Positions 12,373 to 25,562 of a DNA stretch of 64,000 nt are shown piece by piece. This DNA is from Macrostomum lignano (taxonomy: Eukaryota): assembly GCA_002269645.1 (NCBI GenBank), contig NIVC01000221.1, positions 186,001 to 250,000 on the forward strand, in the 5' to 3' direction. The notes beneath the pieces were generated by a model. That model saw only the letters and a list, made by a program, of their open reading frames with translations. It made no database searches and was not told the origin of the DNA. The position numbers were made by a program, and so were the translations under genes. The first letter of the stretch is position 1. Each line of letters opens with the position of its first letter.

Positions 12373-13226
12373 ATGCTGAAACTCTGCGCTTTGCTGCTCT
12401 GTTGGGCAGCCGCTGTTGCGGTGCCGCCTCAACCGTTGGAGTTTCGCCACCTCGGCTGCTACGTGGATGGCGCTGATGGCAACCGAGATCTTGTAGGACT
12501 GCAGGGGGTCAAAACGTTCGGACAGTTTAAGACTCACCCTCATTCCATAGCATTCGTTTACTACTTCGCCAAGATGACACTACAACTGTGCAGCCAGATG
12601 TGCTCTTACGGCCGATTTCGCTACTTTGGGGTTCAGTCTGCGGCCTACTGCTGCTGCAGCTCGGCCTACGGATCGCACGGCATCGCACCGGCTGGCGACT
12701 GCAGCTCAGCTTGCAGCGGAAACTCGTCTCAGATTTGCGGTGGAGTCTCGAGAAACTCTATCTACGAACTGACTTACTCGCCAAGTGAGCATTCTGGATT
12801 AACGCAGCACGTACGAGCTAGAGGCGTAAAGAGAGTCTCACTGAGCCAGACGACTTAAAGACCCAGTGTTCTGAGGTCATTCTTGAATGTAGTTCGAACT
12901 GGGCCATTTTGCCAGCAATAGTATAATAATGACCAATCAAAATACTTAAGTCAAAATTATTTTCTACCAACCCTTCTGCAGTCGGTCCGGTGATGCCGAA
13001 ACTGCCCGTGACGTCTTTGCCGAACATCACAGCCTCCGAGAGCTCCGTCACTCACCGCAGCATCGCAGCCAGCAGTGCCGTTGAATGCGCCGCCATCTGC
13101 TACAGCAGCCCGGACTGTCAGGGCTGCGCCTTCGTGCCTTCGAGCCGCATGTGCCGCCTGCTGAGATTCGCCGCTGTGCCCGCTGAGGTGGCCAGCGAGG
13201 CTGAGGAGGTCTGGATGAAGCAGTGA
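12373..13226 (+). CDS. Secreted WSC + PAN/apple-like domain protein, paralog 1 (exons 12373-12784, 12982-13226; 218 aa)
   Basis: Signal peptide MLKLCALLLCWAAAVA. WSC motifs HLGCY.D, MTLQLCSQMC, YFGVQ, CCC, CSSACSGNSSQICGG. Phase-1 GT-AG intron. Exon 2 has the C-x3-C-x5-C...C-x-L PAN-type core. Confidence 0.88.
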
Positions 13227-14504
13227 GACTGAGTGGTTCTGGATGAAGCTGTGAGGCTGAGTGGGTCTGCATGAAGCTTTGAAGCTGAGTAGGTCTGGAT
13301 GAAGCTGTGAGGCTGAGTAGGTCTGGATGAAGCTTCGAATCTGTTCGGTGTAATATCAAGCATTGATAAAAATTCTTAGTAATAATCGTGAGAAACTTTT
13401 TAAAATACAAGAGAGCCATATTTTGGCCATGGTTTATATCTTAATATAATCTATCTATAATAACGAATGCAAATCAAAAGTTTTAAGACGTGCCTTTTGA
13501 CACGAATTCTTTTATTGCCTGTCAGTTGTCTAGACAGCTAAAACCGCTTATTAGTGGCGACTGTGCACTGATAAAACTTCAAAGGAAAAACAATAGCTTC
13601 TTTTAATTGCGTTGAACATGTATTTTTGGAAAATCGGTCTTGACTGGTATTGCAATTGACAATATTTGTGAGCTGACTAGTGGTTGCATTCAAGGAAAGC
13701 TTTCTCTGACATTGTTAAGAGATCCAATCACTGTTTTAGCGTTGAAAATCGTGAAATTTCATATCTCCGTAGTGTATTTTTCCGGTGAAACCTGCCTTTA
13801 AAACTATTTCTGAACGAAAAGCTTTATAAATATCGATAGAGCAAAAAGAAAGGCACAAGATATCAAAGCATGAACACTGGATCTGCCTCCTATCAAAAGC
13901 AATAACAATTTTTGTGCTGAAAAAATTAAAACCTCCTATCTCTGTAGTGTATTTTTCGGCGAAAAGTTGCTTTCAAAACATTTACCACAGATTTCGAGTG
14001 TTGCGTCCTATATATTTGATCCTTGAGTAGTCCTTGGTTGCATTGCAGACGGTGCTTGCAAAAAATAGTTTAGGCAAACACGCGGTTAAGCTACTCAGCA
14101 CGCTTGCCAGAAGATGTGTGGCCAACGGTCCTGTCCGATATTTCGTCCAAAACGTTTTGCGCTGATTTGCTGCGAGTTCTCTATTGAGTCAGATTTTTCA
14201 CAGGACCGTCTTTGGCGTCATTGTGCGAACTGATTATTTCAATGATGAATAAGTGTCCTGCCAGCTGCAGCCTGTTCACCACCAGCTTCTTCCTTAATTC
14301 CATGTTCTCCGATAATTTCAGCGTCAAGGCTCACCCAATCCGCCTCAACGCCTCATGCACACTTCTGACGATATTTGGGAATTTTATGCAAAATTCTGTG
14401 TTGAAAAGCCTGTTGGATTCCACAGGATTGTCTCAGTTAAAAGTTCTTGTAGCTTGATTTCTACAATTGAGTCTCTCAATCCAGCTTGGTTAAGCTCTCT
14501 TTTC

Positions 14505-14790
14505 AACTCTCTTCTTTTCCCTTCTCTCCGCTCTCTCCCCTCTTCTCTCTCCCCTCTCATCTCCTCTATCTCCCTTCTCCTCTATCTCTACTCTCTCCCC
14601 TCGCTACCCTCTCCTCTGCTCTCTCTTCTCTCCCCTTTTTATCTCCTACCTCCTCCTCTCCCTTCTCTCCCCTCCCCCCTCTACTCTTCACCTTCTACCC
14701 TCTCTACTCTCAACCCACCTCTTGCCTCCAATCTTCTCTTAGCTCTTGTATTCTGTTCCTTCTCCTTTCCACTCTCATCTGGCTCGCGGC
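14505..14790. repeat. CT-rich low-complexity tract
   Basis: Pyrimidine-only stretch. The Leu/Ser/Pro ORFs over it are artefacts. Confidence 0.85.
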
Positions 14791-15659
14791 CAAGGACTGA
14801 ATTCTTTATCTGGTCCAGGAGGTAAAAAGTTTGCCAACCCGTGGCCTGTACTATGGGTAATATTGATATATCCATGCAGACTATCCATTCATAGTTATAA
14901 TTGTAGTGGTTGCAGACCTCTCAGTAACATCCAGTCGGAGTGGATTCTCCTTAATTCATACCTTTGATTTGCTTTGAAATCACAATAGAATATTCTCATT
15001 AAAAGCCAATAAATTTTTAATGATTCAAACTTTTTCTCCCTTTCCCTTGTAATTCTTCCTTAGGAGATTTTTTCACGGAAATACACACGTGTTCCTACCT
15101 TATCCTAGCTTTTTGCATCCCTGCAAATAATGGTTTTGTCATTTTTTTTGACAAGAAAGCTTACTTGGAGATAAGCTGAATAGTTCTTGGTGTTCTCGGC
15201 ACCTCATATTCTGTTAGTCTAACAGGGTAGCTTTTCAAGACATCTGTTCGGCTGCTCAAGATCAAGGAGCAAAGGCAAGAAGCCCAGAAGAGAAATATGA
15301 GAGGTCACGGCGTATTTGAGTTCTGAAACTGACGATCGGTTTCAAGCCTCTGAGCTTTTCTTCAGTCTAAAATTTAGCGTTTGATTAATTTAATATTCGC
15401 CTTACAAGTATGAATTCTTCCAGTAAAATCGATGTGTCTATGTGTATAATAACCTGTTGTATCGCTATCTCGTCCCAGAGGCTTTTAACATTTTAGTCTA
15501 TCCGACAGCACCTTTAGTGTAATAAAAAGTGTTTTATGTATTACAATCAATAGATAGAATGCAGGTATTCAGGTGGGAGCATGACAGTAAATATTTGAAT
15601 GCGCAAAAATGAGCAAAACCAGAATCAGCAAACTTAGCGAATTAAAGTCAGCTTACAGC

Positions 15660-18600
15660 TCTGGGACCAACTCAGCTAGTGGATTGTGGCGCTGGAGTCG
15701 GCCTGTTGGGTGGAGCTCTGGCCCGTCTTCAAGAACCATGTTGCAATCGAGTCTGATGCATGTGGAAGAGGTGGGGCAGCGGTGCTTCGAAAGTGGTCCA
15801 TGTCAGTTGGGACTGGTGCTACCTCAGTTGGAGCCAGGACGCAGTCAGAGTGTTCGCTGATCTGCTCATCAACTACGGCGCAAGGCAAAGTGCCTCCAAC
15901 GGAAAGCTGGCAAGAGCAAGGACCCAGCTGAGCTGGGCGCTTATCAAGACGCGATTTGTGACTTTAAGCGTGAAACCAGGAAATCCAAGTCCGATCGACT
16001 AGTGGTGCCAATACTGCGCCGAGTTTGAAGGCACCCGCCCTACTTCACGCGTGATCAAGGCTCTCAACCTCGACAAAAAGTCAAAGCTCTTAGTCATTAA
16101 AAGACCCAATGGCCGGCTCGCGGAGAACCCCGAGGAATCCCTGGAAATCATGCTCACAGGCTCTTTCCCACGTGCCGCGCAGCAGCTAGGTCCCCCCCGG
16201 ACCACTCTCCGGGTGGACAGATCCTGGCTTCGACCATCATTACTAGAGAGACGACGGCTCGCGTCGCAAAATCCTATTCTCTCCTTTCAAGTCACCGGGA
16301 CCTGACAACATTTATCCTGCCTTCCTCCATGAGGCAGTTAAAAATGACATGTTTCTTGGTCTCCTCTGCAACCTCTTCAAGGCCAGCATTACCCTCGGGG
16401 ACGTGCCAAAAGCCTGGCAAGAGGCAACCATAGTCTTCATACTCAAACCAGGGAAGGGAGACTATCATTCTGCCAAAGCTTACCGCCCCATCAGTCTTTC
16501 TTCCTCAAACTTCCTCAAACGGCTGGTGCTCTGGCGTCTCCTCCTCGTGGAGCTGAGGAACTCTCCGCTGTCCCCCAATCAATACGCCTTTCGTCCTGGA
16601 CACTCCATCGAAGGTGCGCTGCACGCCATTGTCGACAAGTTGAAACGCGCCGTGCTTGGCAGTGGATACACGCTGTCGCTTTTCCTCGACATTGAAGATG
16701 CTTTGAATAATGTGCTCTTTGAAGCCTTTAGCCCTGGAATCCCGGGGCACGCACGAGCACCTTACCCGCTGGATCATGTACATGGTCTCCCATCGTACTG
16801 CCACCTCGCACCTTCGGGACACTCCCGCTCTGTGGAGGTCCAGAAAGGCAGACCGCAAGATGGAGTCCTCAACCCGATTCTCTGTAACTTGGTCATGAAC
16901 GAGCTGCTTTGTAGCCCGCATCCGGACCCAGTTCAGAAGGTCGGCTATGCGGACGATGTTACTGCCACTGTCGCTGGACCATTACCCACGGTCCTCAGAG
17001 ACCTTCTCCAAGCCGTCATCCATAGTGCCGAGCGCTGGCACACAGCTGCGGCCTCAGGTTCCTTGAGTCTAAAACTGTGGCTAGCATGTTCACCAGCCGC
17101 CGAAACTGGAGGATAGAACCGCTCTCCCTCTATGGCAACCCCGTTGCCATGGAGAAACAAACCAGATGTCTGGGCGTCCCCCTCGACCAGGTTTGGTTTG
17201 GTTGAAGAGGTGTCCAATTTAAAGCCCGCAAAGCTTTCGAGAGCTTCCGAAAGATACGCAGAGCTTTCGGCGCTACCCGAGGCCTCTGGTGAATTTACAA
17301 TGCCATCTCCTTCGCCGGCTTCATATGGAACAGCGCCGTAGAGGTGAAAGGGGTTCTCGATGCTCTTAACAGGGTGCATGGCCACACTTGTCTAGCTATC
17401 ATGAGTGCCTCTATACCCTTTGCTTTCATGAACTCCTTCCTGGACATTCCCCACTTGACCTCTTTGTCAGAGGGGAGGCAGTGAAGACCACCAGCAGTCT
17501 GCTTGACGCGGGTGTCCAAATCCAGAAGCAGTTTGTCTTCAAAAAGCGGAACTTTCGGCCGCACGGCGACCTCAGACTGCGAGACCTGGAAGCAGCGGGA
17601 AGCCTGTTGACCCTCTCGGACGGAATCCGATCCACGCTCTTCTCTCCGAAAAAATTCAAAACCAGCATTCCAATAGGAACAACTGGAAACCCCGAGAAAT
17701 CCATTTCTTCACTGACGGGTCCCAAATCAACTCCGCCTCTGACTACGACTACTGCATCGTGTCTGGAAGGAGCTTCACTGACGGGTCCCAAATCAACTCC
17801 GCCTCTGACTACGACTACTTCATCGTGTTTGGAAGGAGAACCGTGTTGGCCATCTTCCAGCACACCGGCGCCTGCTCCACCGATTTCCAGAACGAAATTC
17901 TCGCCATCAGCTTCTGCGCCATAGAGCTGTATAATCAGCGCGTCTGGGGGAAGGAGATTACCCTCCACTCGGCAGTCAAGCGGCGATTCACGCCCTTGAG
18001 CGCACCACCACCTGCTCGCGTACAGTCCTTGACTGCATCGGGCAGCTCAACCGCTTAGGCGCCTCCAACAAGGTGTTCCTAATGTGGATCCCAGGAACTC
18101 AGGCCAACCCGGCAACGAGTTGGCCGATCGCCTGGCCAAGGCTGGCTCGACCGGTTCTTTTACTGGTCCCCTGATCGTGGCCCCCACCCCCATTGCCGTT
18201 GTCACCACTCGGATCAACCAGTAGGTGGCTTCTAAGCACAGGGAGAGGTGGGCTAACGCCCCCGACTGCCGGCAATCCCGCGCGGCTGCCCCATGTCCTT
18301 CCTCCGCCCTGCGCAGGGCCCTGCTTGGACTCAACCGCGTGCAGGGACATCAGGACGGTGACCTTGGCTCTATCAGGTCATGGGTGTTTTGTCAGGCATC
18401 GTTACCTCCATGGAAAAATCCGTAGCGCGGAATGCCCATTTGGCCTATCCAGTGTCGAGAATGCGGAGCAACTCATCTGTGAATGCCCCGCCTTTGCTCA
18501 GGACAGGCTCACCTACCTCGGCCCAAACCCGGACTTCTCCAACGTTTCCAGGCCCGAGAATCTCTGCCAGCTCGTCCGCTACCTAATGCTACCGGGCGAG

Positions 18601-18770
18601 CGACCATCCACCTCCGGGACTCTCCGAAGGAGGACCGCGCTGCGGAAACCGGCACCACCGGCTCTCCCTGCGCGACACCGCAGCACCATGCAGCTGCCTG
18701 TGGTCGCCAGCGGCAATGACGCCTCGCTGCATTAAGATGCACGGAGCCCCTTTTCAGCTAAGTCAAGTAA
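15660..18770 (+). mobile_element. Decayed, 5'-truncated non-LTR retrotransposon (LOA/R1-like ORF2 with RT, RNase H and C-terminal Cys/His motif)
   Basis: Fragments across frameshifts: SFKSPGPDNIYPAFLHE, WQEATIVFILKPGK..YRPISL, FLDIE, GRPQDGVLNP, YADD, RNase H FTDGS and W.PG...GNELADRLAK, LSGHG...CPFG...LICECPAF. Ends in a taagtcaagtaagtaa tail. The 5' boundary is approximate. Confidence 0.85.
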
Positions 18771-19099
18771 GTAAATTATTCTGGTGTTTAAATTCCAATT
18801 ATTTGAGTCGTGTAGTTTATTCTCTTTCATTGTTACAGTCGGTTAGAATTTATCTAAAAAATCTCTTTCCTGACTTATTTATTCAAAGTATTAACTCCAA
18901 GAACAGCTTACTCTCTTGCTACTCATCAGTAGGCGATCTCTCGTGCACATCAAGGTGATACCTCAGCCAATCCTTGCACAGCTTTTGTGGCCGATTATTT
19001 CATTGGCTTCTTCCAGCAAATATATTGCTTGAATTTCTTACCTGCACCAGAAGAAGCGCCTCAGAAGCTGCAGTTCGGTCACTCTCTAGATTTTTCACA

Positions 19100-19937
19100 A
19101 TGCTGAAACTCTGCGCTTTGCTGCTCTGCTGGGCGGCCGGTTCCGGACGCTTCGCCGCTGCTTCTGTGCCGCCTCAACCGTTGGGGTTTCGCCACCTCGG
19201 CTGCTACGTGGACGGCGCTGATGACAACCGAGATCTTGTAGGACTGGAGGGGGTTAAAAAGTTCGGACAGTTTGAGACTCACTCTGTTCACTCAGCGTTT
19301 GTTTATGATGACTCAAAGATGACATTGGAAATATGCAGCCAGATGTGCTCTTACGGTCGATTTCGCTACTTTGGAGTTCAGCTCCACAGCTTCTGCTGCT
19401 GCGGCTCGGCCTACGGATCGCACGGCATCGCACCGGCTGGCAACTGCAGCTCAGATTGCAGCGGAAACTCGTCTCAGATTTGCGGTGGAGCTTCAAGAAA
19501 TTCTATCTATGAACTGACTTACTCACCAAGTAAGCGTTCCGGATTAACGCAGCACGTAAAGCGTAAACACAGCCTAATTTAGCAAAAGACGACTAAAAAC
19601 GCTCTGTGTTCCAAAGTCGTCATTTGAATTTATTTTACTATATTTATAAGTGATATTTAAGACAATAATATTTTCTACCAACCCTTCTGCAGTCGATCCG
19701 GTGATGCCGAAACTGCCCGTGACGTCTCTGCCGAACATCACAGCCTCCGAGAGCTCCGTCACTCACCGCAGCATCGCAGCCAGCAGTTCCGTTGAATGCG
19801 CCATCATCTGCTACAGCAGCCCGGACTGTCAGGGCTGCGCCTTCGTGCCTTCGAGCCGCATGTGCCGCCTGCTGAGATTCGCCGCTGTGCCCGCTGATGT
19901 GGCCAGGGAGGCTGAGGAGGTCTGGATGAAGCAGTGA
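19100..19937 (+). CDS. Secreted WSC + PAN/apple-like domain protein, paralog 2 (exons 19100-19529, 19693-19937; 224 aa)
   Basis: Same architecture and phase-1 intron as paralog 1 (CCAA|gtaagc ... ctgcag|TC). Confidence 0.88.
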
Positions 19938-20675
19938 GACTGTGTGGTTCTGGATGAGACTGCGAGTATGTTTGATCTAATCTCAAACACTGATAACAAT
20001 TCTGAGTAATAATCGTGATGAACTGAAAAAATACACGAGAATCAGATTTTGGCTACTGTCTATATCATATTCCAATATCTATAAAGCTATCTATAATAAA
20101 CTGGAAATTTATAGAAAATGTTTCATTTATCTTCGGTTTCTTTCTCTACTAACCTATCTTTTCTCTGCATTTGTTGTCGGAATGCAATCCTGCTCGCGTT
20201 CAAAAGCGCTGGCACACATTGACATTCCGTTTGCCTTGCGGCCCGCGAAATCATGGGACAACAGCGAACACTGCTGCTGCATTTCATGAAAAACTACTTA
20301 GCTTGATGAACCTGTGAGCGGAACTTAAACAGGACACATACTTGCCTCATTTGCAACTAGTAAGTTTTGAAGCTGAGATATTGACAATTCAGCGCTAAAA
20401 AACTGAGAATTTCCTACAGAAAGAAGATAGCTTTGGATTCAGCTATTCAACTCCAGATGCCAGGTGCACAGCACAGCTGGTAGCTACGAGCTAGTTCCCA
20501 CATATTCAACTTCGGTTGCTCCCACGAAGAAAAAAAACCTACTTCTTCTCAATGTCTAGACTTGAAGTATCTGAAAATCCTTTTTTTGAAAAGCTGCCAA
20601 GCCAATTGTCTGGCTGTCAGTATAAAGACTTTGACACCTGATTGCTATGAAGAAGTGGAAACACACCTGAAAGCA

Positions 20676-20999
20676 ATGCAAGCGCTTATAATTTTAGTTG
20701 ACTTCTTGTCTGTATGGGTGCTGCTGGCTTTCGAGTCGCCTCACTTCCGATAGGTTCGCTACATCGGATGCTTCACTGACGGCAGAGAGAACTGCGATCG
20801 AGACTTTCAAGGACTGGAAGACGTAACGGCGTTTGACCGGTACACAGTTGACCGCAAGTACAGCGCCTTCGTCAAGAGTAGGAAAATGACACTGCAGAAG
20901 TGCAGCCCGATCTGCTCATACGGTCGGTTCGGCTACTTTGGTGTCTAAACAGCCCTGTGTTGCTGCTGCGGATCTGCGTACGGGTCTTGCAAGCATTAA
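20676..20999 (+). pseudogene. WSC-domain pseudogene (divergent subfamily)
   Basis: MQALIILV...PHFR*VRYIGCFTDG...MTLQKCSPICSYGRFGYFGV*TALCCCCGSAYG. Two in-frame stops, truncated, no PAN exon seen. Confidence 0.8.
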
Positions 21000-22588
21000 A
21001 ATGAGGCTAAACTCACAAAACTTGTCAGTTTTATTGATGGTTGGCTTTGGCTGTTAGGTATTGTAAGAAGTTAAACTTTTATTGATCTCGTAAAATCACA
21101 ATCAATATTCCCGACAGAGGGCCTGTTTTTTAAGGTAAAATTTTCGACTTTTGTATACTTGTTGATTGACTGTCTAATAATGATGAAGAGGTGTCCCTAC
21201 CAGCTGCCTCCTCTTCACCACCAGCCTCTTCCTCGATTCCATGTTCTCTTATAATTTCAGTGTCAGGGCTCATCCAATCCGCCTCACTGCTTCCTGTACA
21301 CTCCTGACGACTTCTGTGGGACTTCTGTCAAATTGTGAGTGAACTAGCCTGTTGGATCGGAGTGGCTAAATATTCTAACGATCCTGTTTCTTTTGAAGTT
21401 CAATATGAAAAGCGGTTTCGGCCATAGACTGTCGGAAAACCTTTTCCACATCAGACAATTTCGCCCATACTAAGAGAGTTTTCTTGTAATTTCTTCATCC
21501 CTTTGTAATTCTTCCTTAGGAGGCTTTTCACGGAAATGCACACCTGTTTCTACCTTCTCTAAGCTTTTGTATCCTTGCAATTTGTTTTATCGATTTCGTT
21601 GACAAAACGCTTATTTGGAGATAAGCTCAACAGTTTTTTTGTTTTCTCAGCACCGAATTTTCTGCTGATACAACAGAGCAGCTTTCAAAGACATCTGTTA
21701 GGCTTCTCAAGATCAATGAGCAGAGGTAAAAAGTTCGAGAGAGAAAGACGAGAAACGATAGTGAACGTCAATATTGCGGATCAATGGGTAAAATGAACAA
21801 GAAGCGCATGGATTGGAACGATTCAGTGGCTTCCTCGCTGAGTTTTAAGCTTATTTCGAGCCAGGAGGCTCTGTGAATTTCGCGGCTGGGTAAATGCGGC
21901 GAGCATGCGAAAACTACCGAATAGATAAATATCTACTTCAGCGCAACAGGTAGTTCCCGCATATTTGACTTCGGTTGCTTCCTTTGATGTAGAACAAAAA
22001 ATCCCATTTCTTGGTTAAGGACATAAATTTTTCCGAGTGTTTGTTAGAATTGTTTCAAAAGTAAATCAGGATGAAGCTAGGAGACTGAACTGATCTACAC
22101 AAAAAGTTTTCGAACCAATTTTTAATAGAAATAGTCCATTTTTTACCTCTAGTAGTAACTTTTTGCTGTTTGTCAGCCGACTTCGAATTTTGTTTTTGCT
22201 CAATTAAACGTGCAGTTTATCCTCTGCTTTTTATTCCGATAGTTCTAAACACGCAGCTCACTCTCCTTCGTTGTTTCAGTTAATTAGAATTATTCTTAGA
22301 AAACCACTCTTTCTATTCATATTCATTCACAGCTCAATTTAACTCCCAGTGCAAAAATGCTCTTTGAACACAGTGTCAGAGATTTGCCTGATATTCTCTT
22401 CTTGCTACTCATCAGTAGGCCATCTCTCACGCACATCAACGTGAAACCTCAGCCAATTCTTGAACAGCATTGGCGGGCGATTCCTCATTGGCTTCTTCCA
22501 ATAAATATATTGCTTAAATTTCTTACCTGAATCAGAAGAAGCGTCTCAGAAACTGCGCAGTTCGGCCACTCTCTGGACGTTTTTCCCC

Positions 22589-23426
22589 ATGCTGAAACTC
22601 TGCGCTTTGCTGCTCTGCTGGGCAGCCGGTTCCGGACGCTGCGCCGCTGCTTCCGTGCCACCTCAACCGTTGGAGTTTCGCCACCTCGGCTGCTACTTGG
22701 ACGGCGCTAGTGGCAACCGAGATCTTGCAGGACTGGAGGGAGTCAAAAAGTTCGGACAGTTCGAGACTCATCCCTTTGTCCCAGGATTTGTTTTCGATGA
22801 CGCCAAGCTGACACTGCAACTGTGCAGCCAGATGTGCTCTTACGGCCGATTTCGCTACTTTGGGGTTCAGTCTAAAGACTTCTGCTGCTGCGGCTCGGCC
22901 TACGGATCGCACGGCATCGCACCGGCTGGCGACTGCAGCTTCGCTTGCAGCGGAAACTCGTCTCAGATTTGCGGTGGAGACTCGAGAAACTCCATCTACG
23001 AATTGACTTACTCACCAAGTAAGCGTTCCGGATTAACGCAGATCGTTAAAACTCAGGTTAATTTAGCCAAGTACGACCTAAAAACGCCGCGTTCTTCATT
23101 CGTACTTTAAATTAGTTAATTGAGCGATTAAATTATAAATATTCATTTTCAAAACAATTTTTGCAACCAACCCTTCTGCAGTCGATCCAATGATGCCGAA
23201 GCTGCCCGTGACGTCTCTGCCGAACATCACAGCCTCCGCGAGCTCCGTCACTCACCGCAGCATTGCAGCCAAGAGCGCCATCCAGTGCGCTGCCGCCTGC
23301 CAGCGAAGCCCGGACTGTCATGGCTGCGCCTTCGCGCCTTCGAGCCGCATGTGCCGCCTGCTGAGATTCGCCGCTGTTCCCGCTGAGGTGGCCAGCGAGG
23401 CTGAGTGGGTCTGGATGAAGCTGTGA
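22589..23426 (+). CDS. Secreted WSC + PAN/apple-like domain protein, paralog 3 (exons 22589-23018, 23182-23426; 224 aa)
   Basis: Intact signal peptide, WSC exon, phase-1 GT-AG intron and PAN exon. Confidence 0.88.
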
Positions 23427-23719
23427 GGCTGAGTGGATCTGGATGAAGCTGTGAGGCTGAGTGGGTCTGGATGAAGCTGTGAGGCTGAGTGGGTCTGGAT
23501 GAAGCTGTGAGGCTGAGTGGGTCTGGATGAAGCTGTGAGGCTGAGTGGGTCTGGATGAAGCTGTGAGGCTGAGTGGGTCTGGATGAAGCAGTGAGGCTGA
23601 GGGGGTCTGGATGAAGCTGTGAGGCTGAGTGGGTCTGGATGAAGCTGTGAGGCTGAGTGGGTCTGGATGAAGCTGTGAGGCGGAGTGGATCTGGATGAAG
23701 CTGTGATGCGGAGTGGGTC
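23397..23719. repeat. 28-bp VNTR GAGGCTGAGTGGGTCTGGATGAAGCTGT (~11.5 copies) starting in the last codons of paralog 3
   Basis: Clear 28-bp period. The first unit encodes EAEWVWMKL and the stop TGA spans the unit 1/2 junction. Confidence 0.95.
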
Positions 23720-25260
23720 AAGGAGTTAGAGACTAATGTATACGGAGGCGAACTTCAACAAGCGTTATCGAAATCGATACATCGAACCCTTTAAGAGCAT
23801 TGCCACTAACTCTAAAATCTTGTTTCTCTCCTACCGGTCCTGAATAAATTTGGTGTTGACCCGATAGTTTTGTTTTGAATAGTGAGAAGGAAATCTGAAT
23901 TCTGTGTAACTTCAAAAAATTACTTTTTTTATTTTGCTCTGGCTATCGATATTAATTTCTGTGAAATCGCCCTTAATTTTTCTAATTTGCAGATTTCCCA
24001 AACAGAAAGAATATTCGAGATTTCGGCTATGGTTTCTGTCTTGTTATTTTTAAAGCCAATAAAATAAAGACTGGAAATTCAAAATTTTAAGCGTCTTTAT
24101 ATACGATTTTTAATTTTCTTTGGTTAGAACTGTCGCCTAGGGTAAAACTTCAAAACTTTTTCTCGTTATTAGTTGACCGTCTATTCATGACTAGACCATG
24201 TTGTATTGTTCTAATGTTCTATTGGAACTAAAAGATCAGTTTAGACAATCCTGTGGAATGCGGTTCGTTTCGAGCGGCAGTTCTGTTGAAACAAAATCTT
24301 TTCATCATCACAATCTAAATATACTAAATCTCTAAGGTTTGTTTGACCGGTATTTCAGTCTACAGCCTGAATGCCTTAACCGATTTTTTTCAAACTTGCT
24401 TTATTCATTTGAAATTCTTGTGAGATTGTGTGGGTGTAATTGCATTAAAAAATTCGAATAGGAAGATGGTTAAATATTTGAAAAACTGTATTTTCCCTAT
24501 CTAATTAATGTATTTTTCTCGCAGTGAGATCTCCATATGTCTATGGCCATAGACTAAACTTCAACTTCTTGAGCTGTACTATACGAGCTATAAATTTAAA
24601 TACGCGTATTCGAAAACACGCTTTTTTGGATAAGGGAGAGATGTCAGCCAGTTCATTTTATAAGTATTGAAGTATTGCGCAACTGTGTATAGGCCTCACT
24701 GCTATATATCACTCGGCTGATGCCCGTCAAACGGTGTCGGACGAGATGAGTCGGCAGCTGACAGAGGCGATCGGTCGGGGTCTCGGTGGCCATCCAGCTC
24801 CTCGTCCTAGGGAAGGTTGGCCGGCAGAGCCGCTGCACGGCCAACCAGGTACCTAGTGTTAATACGGAGTACTCAATTCAATTGTGAAAGTAGTGAGGAA
24901 ACAAATATCATGATTGCACACCTGAACTGCAGAGGGATCAAACCCAAGATGAAGGAACTTAGTCTATGGCTCCCCGCCAACAAAATAGACATAGCCCTTT
25001 TCTCTGAGACAGTCCTCAGCCCCTCCCAACCTTGCTCATTTCCTGGCTACGGAACTGTTCGATTTGACACCCCGAGCGCAAAAAGGGGTCTCCTCCTTGT
25101 CCACTCGCCAAGAGTCCACATCATGGACGTCTCTGTGTCCTACGATAGCGTCTGTCATGAGGTCCTTTCCTGCAGGGTCCAAATTCCAGACAATCCTTGT
25201 CCAGCTTTTACGCTCTCACTGGTCTAGAGAAATCCCTCTCCGGACCAGCTCGATACCAAC

Positions 25261-25562
25261 TGAGGCGGCGTGTTGGTTTGCAGGGTCAGACTCTTGAGTT
25301 ATTGATCTACGAGTATATATTTTATTGAACCAATGAGCCAATGCCTTCTTACACCCGAAGTGTTCAGATGTACGTATTCACTCTAAGCACTTTATTTATT
25401 TTATGCCTTCTGTGCGCGCACTGCACCAACCACCCCAATATTATCACTATCGTGTTTGCTATATATCGTTAGTTTTCTCTCGCTTTGAAATCGTGAAATA
25501 CAACAGCATTTTGACCATGCATAATTAAGCTAGACTTGTTTCATTCAATCGACGACACGTCA
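25261..25562 (+). repeat. 5' LTR (302 bp)
   Basis: Direct repeat of 29292-29593 with TG...CA ends. Confidence 0.97.

Noticed and set aside
18915-18935. CTGATGAG on the minus strand suggesting a hammerhead ribozyme (also about 22410)
   Set aside because: No stem II followed by GAAA and no closing stems could be formed.
23248-23721. Minus-strand ORF of TASSRPTQPHSFIQTHSASQLHPDPLSL repeats (also near 13048, 55205, 61426)
   Set aside because: Antisense read-through of the 28-bp VNTR (three units give 28 aa).
24715-24860. Possible HDV-like ribozyme in the LINE 5' UTR (tcctcgt loop, 9-bp ggttggccg/cggccaacc hairpin)
   Set aside because: P1/P3 pairings and the catalytic J4/2 segment could not be built by eye. 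A covariance-model search would be needed.
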